From an uncultured virus (IMG/VR IMGVR_UViG_3300037010_000217) (lineage: Duplodnaviria > Heunggongvirae > Uroviricota > Caudoviricetes), in the IMG/VR virus record IMGVR_UViG_3300037010_000217: a DNA stretch of 64,000 nucleotides, one strand, 5' to 3'. Shown here in pieces: positions 18,941 through 29,400 of the stretch. Each line of letters begins with the position of its first letter. The stretch's first letter is position 1. Position numbers and translations under genes: made by a program. The notes below the pieces were generated by a model. That model was not told the origin of the DNA. It worked only from the letters and a program-made list of their open reading frames with translations, and did not search any database.

Positions 18941-21900
18941 ATGTCTGAACTGAATCGCTATATTGATGCGTTAAATGAACACAACTGGGATAAAGTCAAT
19001 GATAGCGGTTCAGATGCTTCAGTGAACCCTGATACTAGTGCGTCTACTTTAACAGATAAGATTAGAACTTTAGGTGAATCTTTTCAGAATAAAGTTAGTA
19101 AGCTTGGTTTACAACCTCAACTCATTACGCCTAATAATATGCTTGATGGCGATACCTTTAGAATTGATGGTGTATCTACACGTTTATCTAGAATTGATAC
19201 TCCAGAAACTCATATTAATGATAAAGTTTCAAAGATTAAAGCAGCTCAAGACTTACAATTAGCTTTAGGTAATAGAGCTGCACAATTTGGTCAAGATTGG
19301 TTACAGCAGAATCCAGATACAGTAATTACACCTAAAGGTACTGATATCTATGGTAGACAGATAGGCGATAATGAAGCCTATCAAGATGCTATGCTTAGAA
19401 GTGGTAATGCTGTACCTTTCTACAGATATGATGCTCCAGGTCAAGAGTTAAGAAGACAAGCAAGTATGGATGCATACCATGCTGCAGGTGATCAGATAAC
19501 ACCTGAAATGCAAGCAATGGATGCTATCAATAATTACAATGCTGGTAAAGATTCTCAAAGTGTTCTTGATAGTGTTAAAAAGATGCCTTCAGCTTTTATG
19601 GCAGGTGCTCAGAGTACAGGTGCTGAATTATTAGATCTTCTATCAGAAGTTCCTGCAGCAGGTTTAAGAGCTGTCGGTGCTGATAACATGGCTAACAGTG
19701 TATCAACATACTTTGATGCTGCTAAAGACTCTAATAAAGCTGCTGAAGACCAGAACTATGATAATCGTGAAGCTCAGTATAGATTATCTGAAGCATCTAA
19801 AGATTGGCAACAAGGTAACTACAGTGGTGCTATCTCTAATGCTTTAGCAGTGGGTCCTGAATTAGTCGCCCAAAGCTTACCATTTATGTTCGAATTGATG
19901 TTTGGTGTAGGTGGTAAAGCTAAAGCAGCTAAAGCATTATATGAGGAAGCTATTGCTTCAAAAGATGCTGCTAAGATTGAAAAAGCTACTGAAGGATTAA
20001 ACTCTCTTACATTAACAGATAAGGCTAAAGATCTTATTGGTAATAATGCTGGTTTACTAGCTGGTTCAGGTCAGATGACCAATACTGACATTGAGAAGTT
20101 TACTGAAAACAATAATGGCGTAGCACCAGATGCATTAGATAGAGCTAGAATGTTTGGTACTGAGTTAGGTTCTAACTTACTCGACAAGCTTATGTTTAAA
20201 GCTGAAACAGCAGCTAAACCAATAACTGATGCTGTACTAGGTGATGTTCATACAGCTGTTAAAGTACCTTTAGCTGTTACTGCTGCAGGTGCAGGTGAAG
20301 CTGGACAAGAGTATCTGCAAACAGGTGCTCAACAAGTTAACCAAAATTGGGGTGCTAAAGGTCAGACATTAGATCAAGTGCTAAATGATCCTAAATTAGC
20401 TGAAGAACGTAGACAAGCTGCATTAGGTGGTATGGCTGCAGGTGCTAATATATCTGGTACTGGATATGCTGCACAAGGTGCTTATGATGCTGTCGCAAAA
20501 GGCTCAGGTTACGTTAATAACAAGTTAGAGACCAAAGCTGCATTCAATGCTGAAAACCCTAGCTATGTAGCTCAAAATAAAGCTATGCAGGGCAATGCTG
20601 ACTTATCTCCACTATTGGCTGTAGATCCAGAAACAAGCATAGCTAAAGGCTATGTAGATGAAGTTAAAAATGAAGATGGTACAGTAACCAAAACACCTTA
20701 TAACCCATTACAAAGAATGGCAGATGTTATCAATGAGTTCCAAGATAAACATTCTAAATTAACAGAAATCTTTAATTCACCAGAAGTAGCCGAAGCTAGT
20801 GGTGATGCTACAGATTTAAATAATCCAGAGCATGTTGCTGATATGATGTACAACGCTCTAGGTACATATAATGAGAAGTTAGATAAGACTGCTAAAGAAG
20901 CTACAGAATTTGCTACAGAACTATTAGGTAGTGGTAAATTAACTGAGGGTCAGCGTAATGCTATTAATGGTCAGCTTAAGGCTATTGAACAAGCTAAGAT
21001 TGAATTCCAAAATGAGGAGAATAGTACCTTAGTTAAATACTATGATCAGTACATTAATAAGACTGATGATCCAACAGTACAAGCAAAAGCTGCTCAGGCT
21101 CAGGCTGAAGTTACTATAAATAGTGTTACTAAAAATAGAGAAGACTTTGTACGAGATCCAGAAAGAGCACAAACTGCTTTAGATAGATTGACTAAAGGTA
21201 TTGAATTACAGACTAGCAGTGATAGTGAACAACGTGTTGCAGCTAAAGAAGTAAGTGCAGCATCTAAAAAGCTTTTAGAAACTTTAAGAGGAATTAAGGC
21301 TAGAGAAGATGCTAGTAATCCAGAAAATTCTAGTGGCTCATCTAGTGAGTCTGTAAGTAGAGGATTACATGGTACTCCTAAAGGTACACAGTACTCAGGT
21401 AAACTTGAAAAGGGTATCCCTGATAAAACCATCTATAAAGTTACATCTGAGATACTGTTTGGAACTCCTTCAGGAAACAAAGATAAACATAGAGGTGTAT
21501 TACAAGCTACAGCTCAAGTAGCTAAGTATAATGCTATATTATCTTCAGATACTTCTACAGCTTCTGCTAAATACAATGCTGCTGAGAAGTTACACGATCT
21601 CGTAGATAGTCTTACTAAGTTTCATGATAGTCATACAGAAAAGCTTAAAACAATTAAAAATAGAGAATTAAAAGAGCATGTACGCAGTATTGAAATACCT
21701 GCTATTGCTGCTGTTCTGAATCTAGCTAAGAAAACTGCAAGTCTTCATAAAGATACTCATACTATAGCTGCTGAAGACATTATGGATCAGGTTTTAGCTA
21801 ATCCAAAAAATACAGATAAACATTTGTACAGCGAATATCGTAATCATGCTATAGCTCGTAATAATGAACTCGGCTGGAAAGAGCCTTCAGATAGAGTAGC

Positions 21901-24900
21901 AGAAGATACTATTAGAAATCTTTTAACTAGACAATCTGCAGAACTAAGAAAACGTGCTACAGAGAGTAAAAACTTACGTAAAGCTAATATTGAATCTTTA
22001 CATAAACCAGGAGCAGTAAAGACTTCTACATTTACTGCAGTAGATCACAATGGCGAAACTCAAGCAGTTAATTTATCTAGTTTCGTGGATACTAAGAAAG
22101 AACCTAACAATAGTCTTGTAGCCTTTGGAGAAGTAAAACAAACAGCTCTAGATTCTATTACAAGTAGTGATACATCTAAAAATAGTGTTAAACCAGTTAC
22201 CATATCTATACAGTCTGATGTTATTTTAGGCAATGATTCATATCAGAAAGCAGTTGAAGAACTTGCTGCAGAAATAGATAGTAAACCAAGTGCTATTCAA
22301 AGTGCAGAAGATGCTGCTAAGAAAGCTGAAGCTAATAAGACTGTTAGAGAGTCTATAATTAATGCTGTAATGCGTTTAGCTAAATTAGGTACTGAAGCAG
22401 TTAATGATCCTAGAAACTTTATTGCAAGAATAAGTGCTGATGACAAGAACGTTAAACGTTTAAACAACATTAATGATGCTGATAATCCTAATGGTATTGT
22501 TAAGCCTTTAAAACTATTATTAGGTCTTAGCGCACAAAATAAACTTACGTTACCTCCTAACGTAGCTTTAGCTGCATCTGCTGCTGTACTTGAATATATT
22601 AAGTCTTCTGGATCAACAATTGGTTACAGAACTGATGATGATGTAATGAAAGCGTTTGGTATTCCTTTTGTTAACTCTGATCCTGTAGCACAGATGTCGA
22701 TGTCTAAGTTAAAGAGTTTAGGTACACTTAGATCAGTAGCTGCTAAAGAGATCGGTAGAACTATCTACAATGCTTTAAATCTTAAGATGAAGGGCGATGC
22801 ACCATCTAACCTAGAAGCTCAGCTTATAGGAGCTTTAGGAGGCCTTGCAATAGAGATGGCTGTAGCAGACGGTATCCTTGCATATAGAGAAATTCCTGTT
22901 GAAGACTTACAGACAGATATTAAAAATGCTGGCGGTCCAGGTCAAAAAGTAAAAGATAAAGATGCTAAAGTAGGTTTCATTACTTACAATCGCAAGAATA
23001 AAGACAGCAATACTAAGCTACGTGAAGAATTACGTGACGCAGGTTCAGTATTTAAAGCTGTTCTAGGTGAAGCATTCGTATCTAGAAAGACTGGTGCTAC
23101 ATTAGAACCAGATGCTAAAGTAACTGCTAAAGCTAACAAAGGTTTAGATGTACCTGCAGCTATTGTTAAAGTCTTAACTAAGATTGCTGAGAAGACAACT
23201 TATAAGTTTAACCCTCAAGCTATGAATAACCTTTATACAGATGGTAAGGTTGATTGGGACAAAGCTGTAAACGTAGTAACTAGTATTACTGGATTACCTA
23301 ACTTAACTGCAGAAGTCTTAAGATATGAAAATGCTAGAGACAAGTGGGCTAAAGACAACTTTAACATTAGCATTAGAGATTTCCAAAAATCTATTCTAGA
23401 AGGTGAACTCTTACAGATTGCTAAGCTAGACGAAGCTGTAAATAACCTAGGTGGTTATGATATTGTAGTCTCTGAAGGTTTCCCAGGATTTAAGCTTCCT
23501 AGAATTGTATGGAAACAAGGACGTGTTGGTATTGAATCATCTGATATCAATATCCAAGAGAGTAAGCTTCATAGATCTATGGTTCAAGTTACAGGTACAT
23601 ACACTAAAGTATCTGGTCCAAAGGGTGCAACATCTAACTATAACTTAACAAGACTTGCAGTATTAGCAGGTGTAGATGAGAAGAAATCTCCTTATGAAGT
23701 TGTAGAGGTAATGAACTCTATCAATACTGAATTAAAGGATTTAGTCGCTACAGATACTGGAAAACTTATTACAGCCATTAAAGCATTTAATGAGAATCCA
23801 ACAGTAGAAACAGCACAAGCTATTAAAAAGTTATTACCTGAAGGAAGTCTATTAGAGAAAGCTATTGAAGATGGTTATGATGGAATCACTGGTGCATATG
23901 AATTAGGTAACACTATTCTTGCAATGGTTGAACCTACCCATACATATGAGTCTAGAATCAATATTGAGACAGACGGTGTTACTAACGGGTTTGGTTTCTC
24001 ATTAGCGTTTAACCCTATTTTTAGTGATCCACAGAATACCATTAGTTATCTTGAGAAAGTAGGTATTAACTTCTATGGTGAAGCTGGAGTTGATCCAGTA
24101 ACTAACGGTATCCAAGCTGCAAGAGAGAAAGCTAAGAATGGTGGTACACCATTTACAGATAGTTATCAGACACTAGCATCTGCTCTTGTAGCAGCTTTAA
24201 GAGGTGATACATCAGTAGACCTTTCTAAGTTAAGTAAACTATTCCCTAAGATCTTTATTCTTAATGGGGATATGTACGATATTGCTCGTGACTTTACTAA
24301 GAACCCTTTCATGGTATTCAACTATGGTTCAGCTATTAAGTCTATCAAAGAAGGTGTAAAAACAAACTTATATTACAAACTTCTAGGTGAAATATCTAAA
24401 GCTCAGAGAGAAGGTGACATAGCTAGATTGAATGATATTGCTAAAACGTTATTTAACAGTGAAGCTGAACAGAAAAAATTCATGTCTAACCCTTTAGAAT
24501 ATAAGTTAGAAAGATCTATTCTAGATAATATGACTGCTCCTGTAGCTGATCACATGGGTAATATTATTGAACAGCAGATCGGTGATCTTATACTTCCTAA
24601 AGAGATTGTTAATGCTACATTCAATAGACAGATGGCAATCTATAGACAGGTAATGAAGTACGAATTAGATAAAGTACGTGGTGATAGTAACAGAGTCTTA
24701 ACTGTTGATGAAGTTAAAGCAGTAATTGATAAGGTGTCTCCATTTATCCCTAGATTTAATCACATTGATGATTACATCTCAGGTAGAGGTAAAGATAAGT
24801 TTAAAGAAGGTTGGCCTGCATTTAAGCTACAGCCTGGAGATACAACTAATACAGAGATTGAGATGGTGTTCTCTACATCTACTCAGAAGTCTATGAAATA

Positions 24901-26428
24901 TAACGTTTCTGATAAAGAGTTGGCTGAAGCAGGCGTATCTGGTTACGTACTTATGGTTCATAATGCTGATGGGCATGTAATGACTCAGTCTCTAAGTAAA
25001 CTAGTAGATCAAGACATATCTGTATTAGACGTACATGATGCTGTCAAAGTAGGTGCGCAGCAAATTGAACCAGCAGCTACAGAACTCAATACAGCATTTG
25101 GTGATGTAGTTAGTAAGTACTCTATTGTAGATAATGCTCTACAATCTCTTGAAGGAGCTTATGAAAAAGTTTTCCAAGAGTATGGTCTATTATTTGGTAA
25201 TGATAGAGCTAATATGGTTAGACTTGTACATAAAACTCTAGATAAAGAGTCAGATACTAATGGTATATTTGATAAGATCGCTAAGTACAATAAGAATTTA
25301 GCTGTATTTAATAAGCTTGTAGAAGATAGATATGCAGATGGTACTTTAGTTATTTCTCAATATGCTGGTTTAGGCGGTAAAGGTAATATTGCACTAAAAC
25401 CAAGTGCTTTCATTAAGCCTCTAATTAACATTGCAGATGATTCTATTCTAGCTTTAGGTAGAGATACTAGTAAGAGTGAAGCTAATGCTATGTACGCTGC
25501 TGTAGAGCCTGCACATACAGTTTTGCCAGTAGATCAGGATAAACTGGATGAAGTGGTTAATATAACTAAAACTGCAGGGCCTAATGACAATGTTTTAAGT
25601 ACAATAGGTACTATGCTTGAAACTGGTTTAGTCAGTAATGAAACTCATAGGGCTGTTCTTTCTACTCTGTTGGATCAGTTATCTTTAATCCAAGCTGGTA
25701 GAGAAAGAAAAACTAATAAAACTCAAGAAGATACAGCTGCTGATGCTAAAGTAGCTAATGCAATGAAAGTACTAAAAGGGATTACTCAAACTAATGTTGT
25801 TACAAATAAAGAAGTGTTAGCAGGTATTAAAACACTGCTTACAGCTTACTTTGATACATTGTTAAAATCTGGTAATAAAGATACTCAAGCATTAAAAGCT
25901 ATTAAACATATCGTACCTTTACTGAGTGAAACAGCAGGTATTAATGCTAGAGTTAATGCTAATAATTCTAACCTAGGTGAGATACTTGCATCTGTATTTA
26001 CAGCTCCTGAAAACTTTGAAGCTGTAGCTAATAGTCAGATTATGGCTAGAGATGCTACACTTAAAGCTCAACCTAGCTCTATTACGTTTAAAGTAGATAA
26101 AGCTCCAGTAGAAGGTAAAGTTGTAACTCCATCGATGATTACTCACCTTAAAAGAGCTTTAACTGATATGTTTAATGGTATCACTAGTTCAGATAAAGGC
26201 TTTAAAGAGTATGAAGAAAATAAGACTACAATTAACACTATGGGTGAATTGGTAGATCTTATAGCTACTGTTACAGCTAACAAAACTAGAAATGCTGAAG
26301 GTGACTTCAAAGGTGATTCTAGTATTTTAGCTAGAGCTGACATAGCTTTGAGTAAAGTACAGGACTCTGCTAGAATAGATGCTCTTAAGGCTCTACATAC
26401 TAAATATTTAACTGAAGGTGACTGTTAA
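18941..26428 (+). CDS. Virion-encapsidated RNA polymerase, N-terminal and catalytic part, with N-terminal SNase-like domain
   Basis: vRNAP motifs 'KQGRV', A 'ETDGVTNG', B 'RDFTKNPFMVFNYGS', C 'DVHDAV'; SNase-like 'DGDTF...RLSRIDTPE...DIYGRQI'. Confidence 0.9.
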   Translation: MSELNRYIDALNEHNWDKVNDSGSDASVNPDTSASTLTDKIRTLGESFQNKVSKLGLQPQLITPNNMLDGDTFRIDGVSTRLSRIDTPETHINDKVSKIKAAQDLQLALGNRAAQFGQDWLQQNPDTVITPKGTDIYGRQIGDNEAYQDAMLRSGNAVPFYRYDAPGQELRRQASMDAYHAAGDQITPEMQAMDAINNYNAGKDSQSVLDSVKKMPSAFMAGAQSTGAELLDLLSEVPAAGLRAVGADNMANSVSTYFDAAKDSNKAAEDQNYDNREAQYRLSEASKDWQQGNYSGAISNALAVGPELVAQSLPFMFELMFGVGGKAKAAKALYEEAIASKDAAKIEKATEGLNSLTLTDKAKDLIGNNAGLLAGSGQMTNTDIEKFTENNNGVAPDALDRARMFGTELGSNLLDKLMFKAETAAKPITDAVLGDVHTAVKVPLAVTAAGAGEAGQEYLQTGAQQVNQNWGAKGQTLDQVLNDPKLAEERRQAALGGMAAGANISGTGYAAQGAYDAVAKGSGYVNNKLETKAAFNAENPSYVAQNKAMQGNADLSPLLAVDPETSIAKGYVDEVKNEDGTVTKTPYNPLQRMADVINEFQDKHSKLTEIFNSPEVAEASGDATDLNNPEHVADMMYNALGTYNEKLDKTAKEATEFATELLGSGKLTEGQRNAINGQLKAIEQAKIEFQNEENSTLVKYYDQYINKTDDPTVQAKAAQAQAEVTINSVTKNREDFVRDPERAQTALDRLTKGIELQTSSDSEQRVAAKEVSAASKKLLETLRGIKAREDASNPENSSGSSSESVSRGLHGTPKGTQYSGKLEKGIPDKTIYKVTSEILFGTPSGNKDKHRGVLQATAQVAKYNAILSSDTSTASAKYNAAEKLHDLVDSLTKFHDSHTEKLKTIKNRELKEHVRSIEIPAIAAVLNLAKKTASLHKDTHTIAAEDIMDQVLANPKNTDKHLYSEYRNHAIARNNELGWKEPSDRVAEDTIRNLLTRQSAELRKRATESKNLRKANIESLHKPGAVKTSTFTAVDHNGETQAVNLSSFVDTKKEPNNSLVAFGEVKQTALDSITSSDTSKNSVKPVTISIQSDVILGNDSYQKAVEELAAEIDSKPSAIQSAEDAAKKAEANKTVRESIINAVMRLAKLGTEAVNDPRNFIARISADDKNVKRLNNINDADNPNGIVKPLKLLLGLSAQNKLTLPPNVALAASAAVLEYIKSSGSTIGYRTDDDVMKAFGIPFVNSDPVAQMSMSKLKSLGTLRSVAAKEIGRTIYNALNLKMKGDAPSNLEAQLIGALGGLAIEMAVADGILAYREIPVEDLQTDIKNAGGPGQKVKDKDAKVGFITYNRKNKDSNTKLREELRDAGSVFKAVLGEAFVSRKTGATLEPDAKVTAKANKGLDVPAAIVKVLTKIAEKTTYKFNPQAMNNLYTDGKVDWDKAVNVVTSITGLPNLTAEVLRYENARDKWAKDNFNISIRDFQKSILEGELLQIAKLDEAVNNLGGYDIVVSEGFPGFKLPRIVWKQGRVGIESSDINIQESKLHRSMVQVTGTYTKVSGPKGATSNYNLTRLAVLAGVDEKKSPYEVVEVMNSINTELKDLVATDTGKLITAIKAFNENPTVETAQAIKKLLPEGSLLEKAIEDGYDGITGAYELGNTILAMVEPTHTYESRINIETDGVTNGFGFSLAFNPIFSDPQNTISYLEKVGINFYGEAGVDPVTNGIQAAREKAKNGGTPFTDSYQTLASALVAALRGDTSVDLSKLSKLFPKIFILNGDMYDIARDFTKNPFMVFNYGSAIKSIKEGVKTNLYYKLLGEISKAQREGDIARLNDIAKTLFNSEAEQKKFMSNPLEYKLERSILDNMTAPVADHMGNIIEQQIGDLILPKEIVNATFNRQMAIYRQVMKYELDKVRGDSNRVLTVDEVKAVIDKVSPFIPRFNHIDDYISGRGKDKFKEGWPAFKLQPGDTTNTEIEMVFSTSTQKSMKYNVSDKELAEAGVSGYVLMVHNADGHVMTQSLSKLVDQDISVLDVHDAVKVGAQQIEPAATELNTAFGDVVSKYSIVDNALQSLEGAYEKVFQEYGLLFGNDRANMVRLVHKTLDKESDTNGIFDKIAKYNKNLAVFNKLVEDRYADGTLVISQYAGLGGKGNIALKPSAFIKPLINIADDSILALGRDTSKSEANAMYAAVEPAHTVLPVDQDKLDEVVNITKTAGPNDNVLSTIGTMLETGLVSNETHRAVLSTLLDQLSLIQAGRERKTNKTQEDTAADAKVANAMKVLKGITQTNVVTNKEVLAGIKTLLTAYFDTLLKSGNKDTQALKAIKHIVPLLSETAGINARVNANNSNLGEILASVFTAPENFEAVANSQIMARDATLKAQPSSITFKVDKAPVEGKVVTPSMITHLKRALTDMFNGITSSDKGFKEYEENKTTINTMGELVDLIATVTANKTRNAEGDFKGDSSILARADIALSKVQDSARIDALKALHTKYLTEGDC

Positions 26429-29400
26429 TGGCTTGTAATGATCTAGTAGCTGCTGTGAAAGCAGCAGTATCTGATGGTGATAATAGTGTCACAGGATTCT
26501 CTTTATATGATGCAATCCAGGTAGCTAGATTATTTGAGCATCAGAAGTTGCTAGGACAAGTAGCGGCAGAGTCAGCAACCTATGTTAGTGACAGTTTAGG
26601 TACTAAAGCATCTTTTAAAGGTTGGGCTGTTGATTCAGAAGAGACTAGAGCAATCAGAGAAAAAAGATCTGAAGACTTCAAAAAAGCTAATAAAGAAGAC
26701 ACTTCTAAAACTGAGTCAGATACTTCTAAATCTAATTATAAACCTAAAACTAGAAATGGTGGTCTTGTAAGTAAACTACTAGCAGGTTTAATTAAAGCAG
26801 ATAGTAATTTTGTGTTTAGAAGAGTTAAGAGTGCTGAGGATACTCCGTATAAAGGATATGCCTATAGAAGAAAATCTAAAGTAGCTGGTAAACCTAGTCC
26901 TACTAAATCAGTTACGATTAGACGTAAGCCGAAGCCTGATACAAGTAAATCATCTGCATTTGATACAGATGGATTTGGTATGCCTATAGAAACTCTAAGA
27001 GTTACTCAGGATACGTTAAATGAAACATATGCAGTAGTCAGTACACTAGATAACTTATCTATCTCTACAGAACACGCAGAGCACTTAAATAACATTAACA
27101 ATTCACTTATTACCCAAGGCTTTGGTAGATTAGGTGAAGTAATCGTTGAAGTTATGCGAAGCAACGGAATCATGAATGGTGGTGAATTTAACTATGCAAC
27201 TAAAGTAAGTAAGCTATACGCTTCTACTGCTAGTAAACTTTTACCTGGAATGTCATTAAGAGAAGCACACATACATGAATTACTTCATGGTGTATTACCG
27301 CCATTGTTATTAGAAGATTCTAAGTTACTGACTGAGTTAAGTAACTTTCATGCATTAGCTGCTAAGACATTAAATAAAAATGGTAAAGGTTACGAGATAT
27401 TCTTGCATAAAGATGCATCAGGCAATCCAGTATATCTAACAGATAAAGCTGAAGAAATCAAAGCTGCTAGAGAAACTTGGGACTATATCTTTAACTCTAC
27501 AGATGTTAAAGGTAGCAATAAAATCAATTCAGGGTTACTAGAGTTTCTAGCCTATGGTTTAACCAATGAGAATATGGTTAATGCTTTGAAGAATATGGCA
27601 GATACTACTACAACTACCTCAGCCATTGCAGAGTCTTTAACACCTAAAGGTGATTCTATATTTAGTAGAATCGTTAAGGCTATCCTAACTGCTGTGGATC
27701 GTTTGGTTAATGTATTAAGTAAGAATAATAGTGCCAATGGTTATGAAAAGCTCTATGGCATTGCAACTGCTATGATTAATCAACAGAATGCTGTACAAGA
27801 AAATCGTATAGAAGCTGTTCTTAAGAATACGGGTATTAATATCTTAAATGAAAAGATGCTAGAACCTTTAAACAATAAGGTTAGTAAACTAGTTAAAGAT
27901 GCTAATGTAGATAGATTTTTAGATTTTGTATCTAATACATCAGCCAGTACACCTATCAGTTCATCTAGTAAAGATACTCTTACAGCTACACAGAAATCTA
28001 TGTATAGAGCTGCATACATTAAAACAGCAATGGCTATGACTAATGCTTCATATCTACAAGCCAATACTCAAGCAAGTTATATTAATAGCTGGGAAGATGT
28101 AGCTAGATCTAATAGTTTCTTGATGCACGAAGCAGTTAATGGTATTGGTTTAATAGGACATCTATCGAGAGCTTTACGTAATGAACATCCATTACTAGAG
28201 CCAATTATTAAATTACATAGCATGGCTAAAGCTAAACGTGAAGTAGTTCGTAAACACTTTGGTGATACAGCTATGAATGAATTTGATAATGCTTGGTTAT
28301 TCCCTTTAACTGAAACAGATAAAGAGGTTGTAGGTAGAGCAAGTTTTGCTACAGATATGCAGTCTTTAACTAAGTATTACACCCATAAAGAGATTAGAGA
28401 ATTCATTGATTCACCTCAAAGTCTTAAGACTAAGATTTATTCACTACAATCTACTATTGAACACCTAGTACCCAATACAGCACATAGTACAGCTCTTATA
28501 AATCAAGCTAAGAGTATTGGTTATTTGATGGTAGATAATAAGACTCCATTAGCTAATTCGGCAAGAAATATTGATGTAGCTATTAATACTACTATTAAAA
28601 CTTTTGGTAAGAATAAATCTATTGCAGAGAATAGAGCTAGCATATACAAAGCTATGGATAGTTTAGCTACGCTAGTAGCGTACTCTAGATTAGATGATAG
28701 TACTCAAACAAGTTATAAAGCTATTTGGGATAGAGAGTTTAGTAAAAGTAATACTCATAACGGTATTACCAATATGCATCTAATGCTTAATAGTTATGCT
28801 GAACAGTCTAAGAAGTCTTTATTTAAGAATTCAAACGCACTTCTTACTAAGGGCCACTATCCTCAGATGTATGCTAAACATATTGAGTATACAGTAGCTG
28901 ATGTATCTAAATCTCTAGAATTACGTAAACAGGGTTGGGAACCAACTGGTAAGCGTATGCAAGATCCTATCTCAGGTGTAGATAAAGAGTTCTATACTAA
29001 ACGTATCAATAGTAATGATGCTTTAACATCAGGTGTATTTGGTGTAGATAGTTTCCATAGCAGAGGTACTAAGTTATCAGATCTGTTAATTCAAAACCAA
29101 GGATTTGATGCAGCTAAAATTAGAGCGTATATAGATGAGTTAACTTATAAGCAAACACAATTAGCTAAGAACCAAAATACCCTTGGTTTATTTGCTAAGG
29201 ATGCTAAAGGTGCTTCTCATAGATATGTACCTATTAGAGATGCTAATAGTAACATTGTTGATTACGCTATTGTGATGAATGATGTAGAACAGGTTAAATA
29301 CTTAGGTAAAAGCTATAATGCATCAAACTTGATCCAAAGTATGTATATGACAAATGCTTCTAAAGAAGCTACTATGGAATTGAATCCAGTAGTAGTAAAA

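Noticed and set aside
26415..26435. Programmed frameshift or sequencing error fusing the two vRNAP ORFs
   Set aside because: No slippery heptamer; an RBS-like AAGGTG and TAATG overlap fit a separately initiated gene. Not fully excluded without reads.
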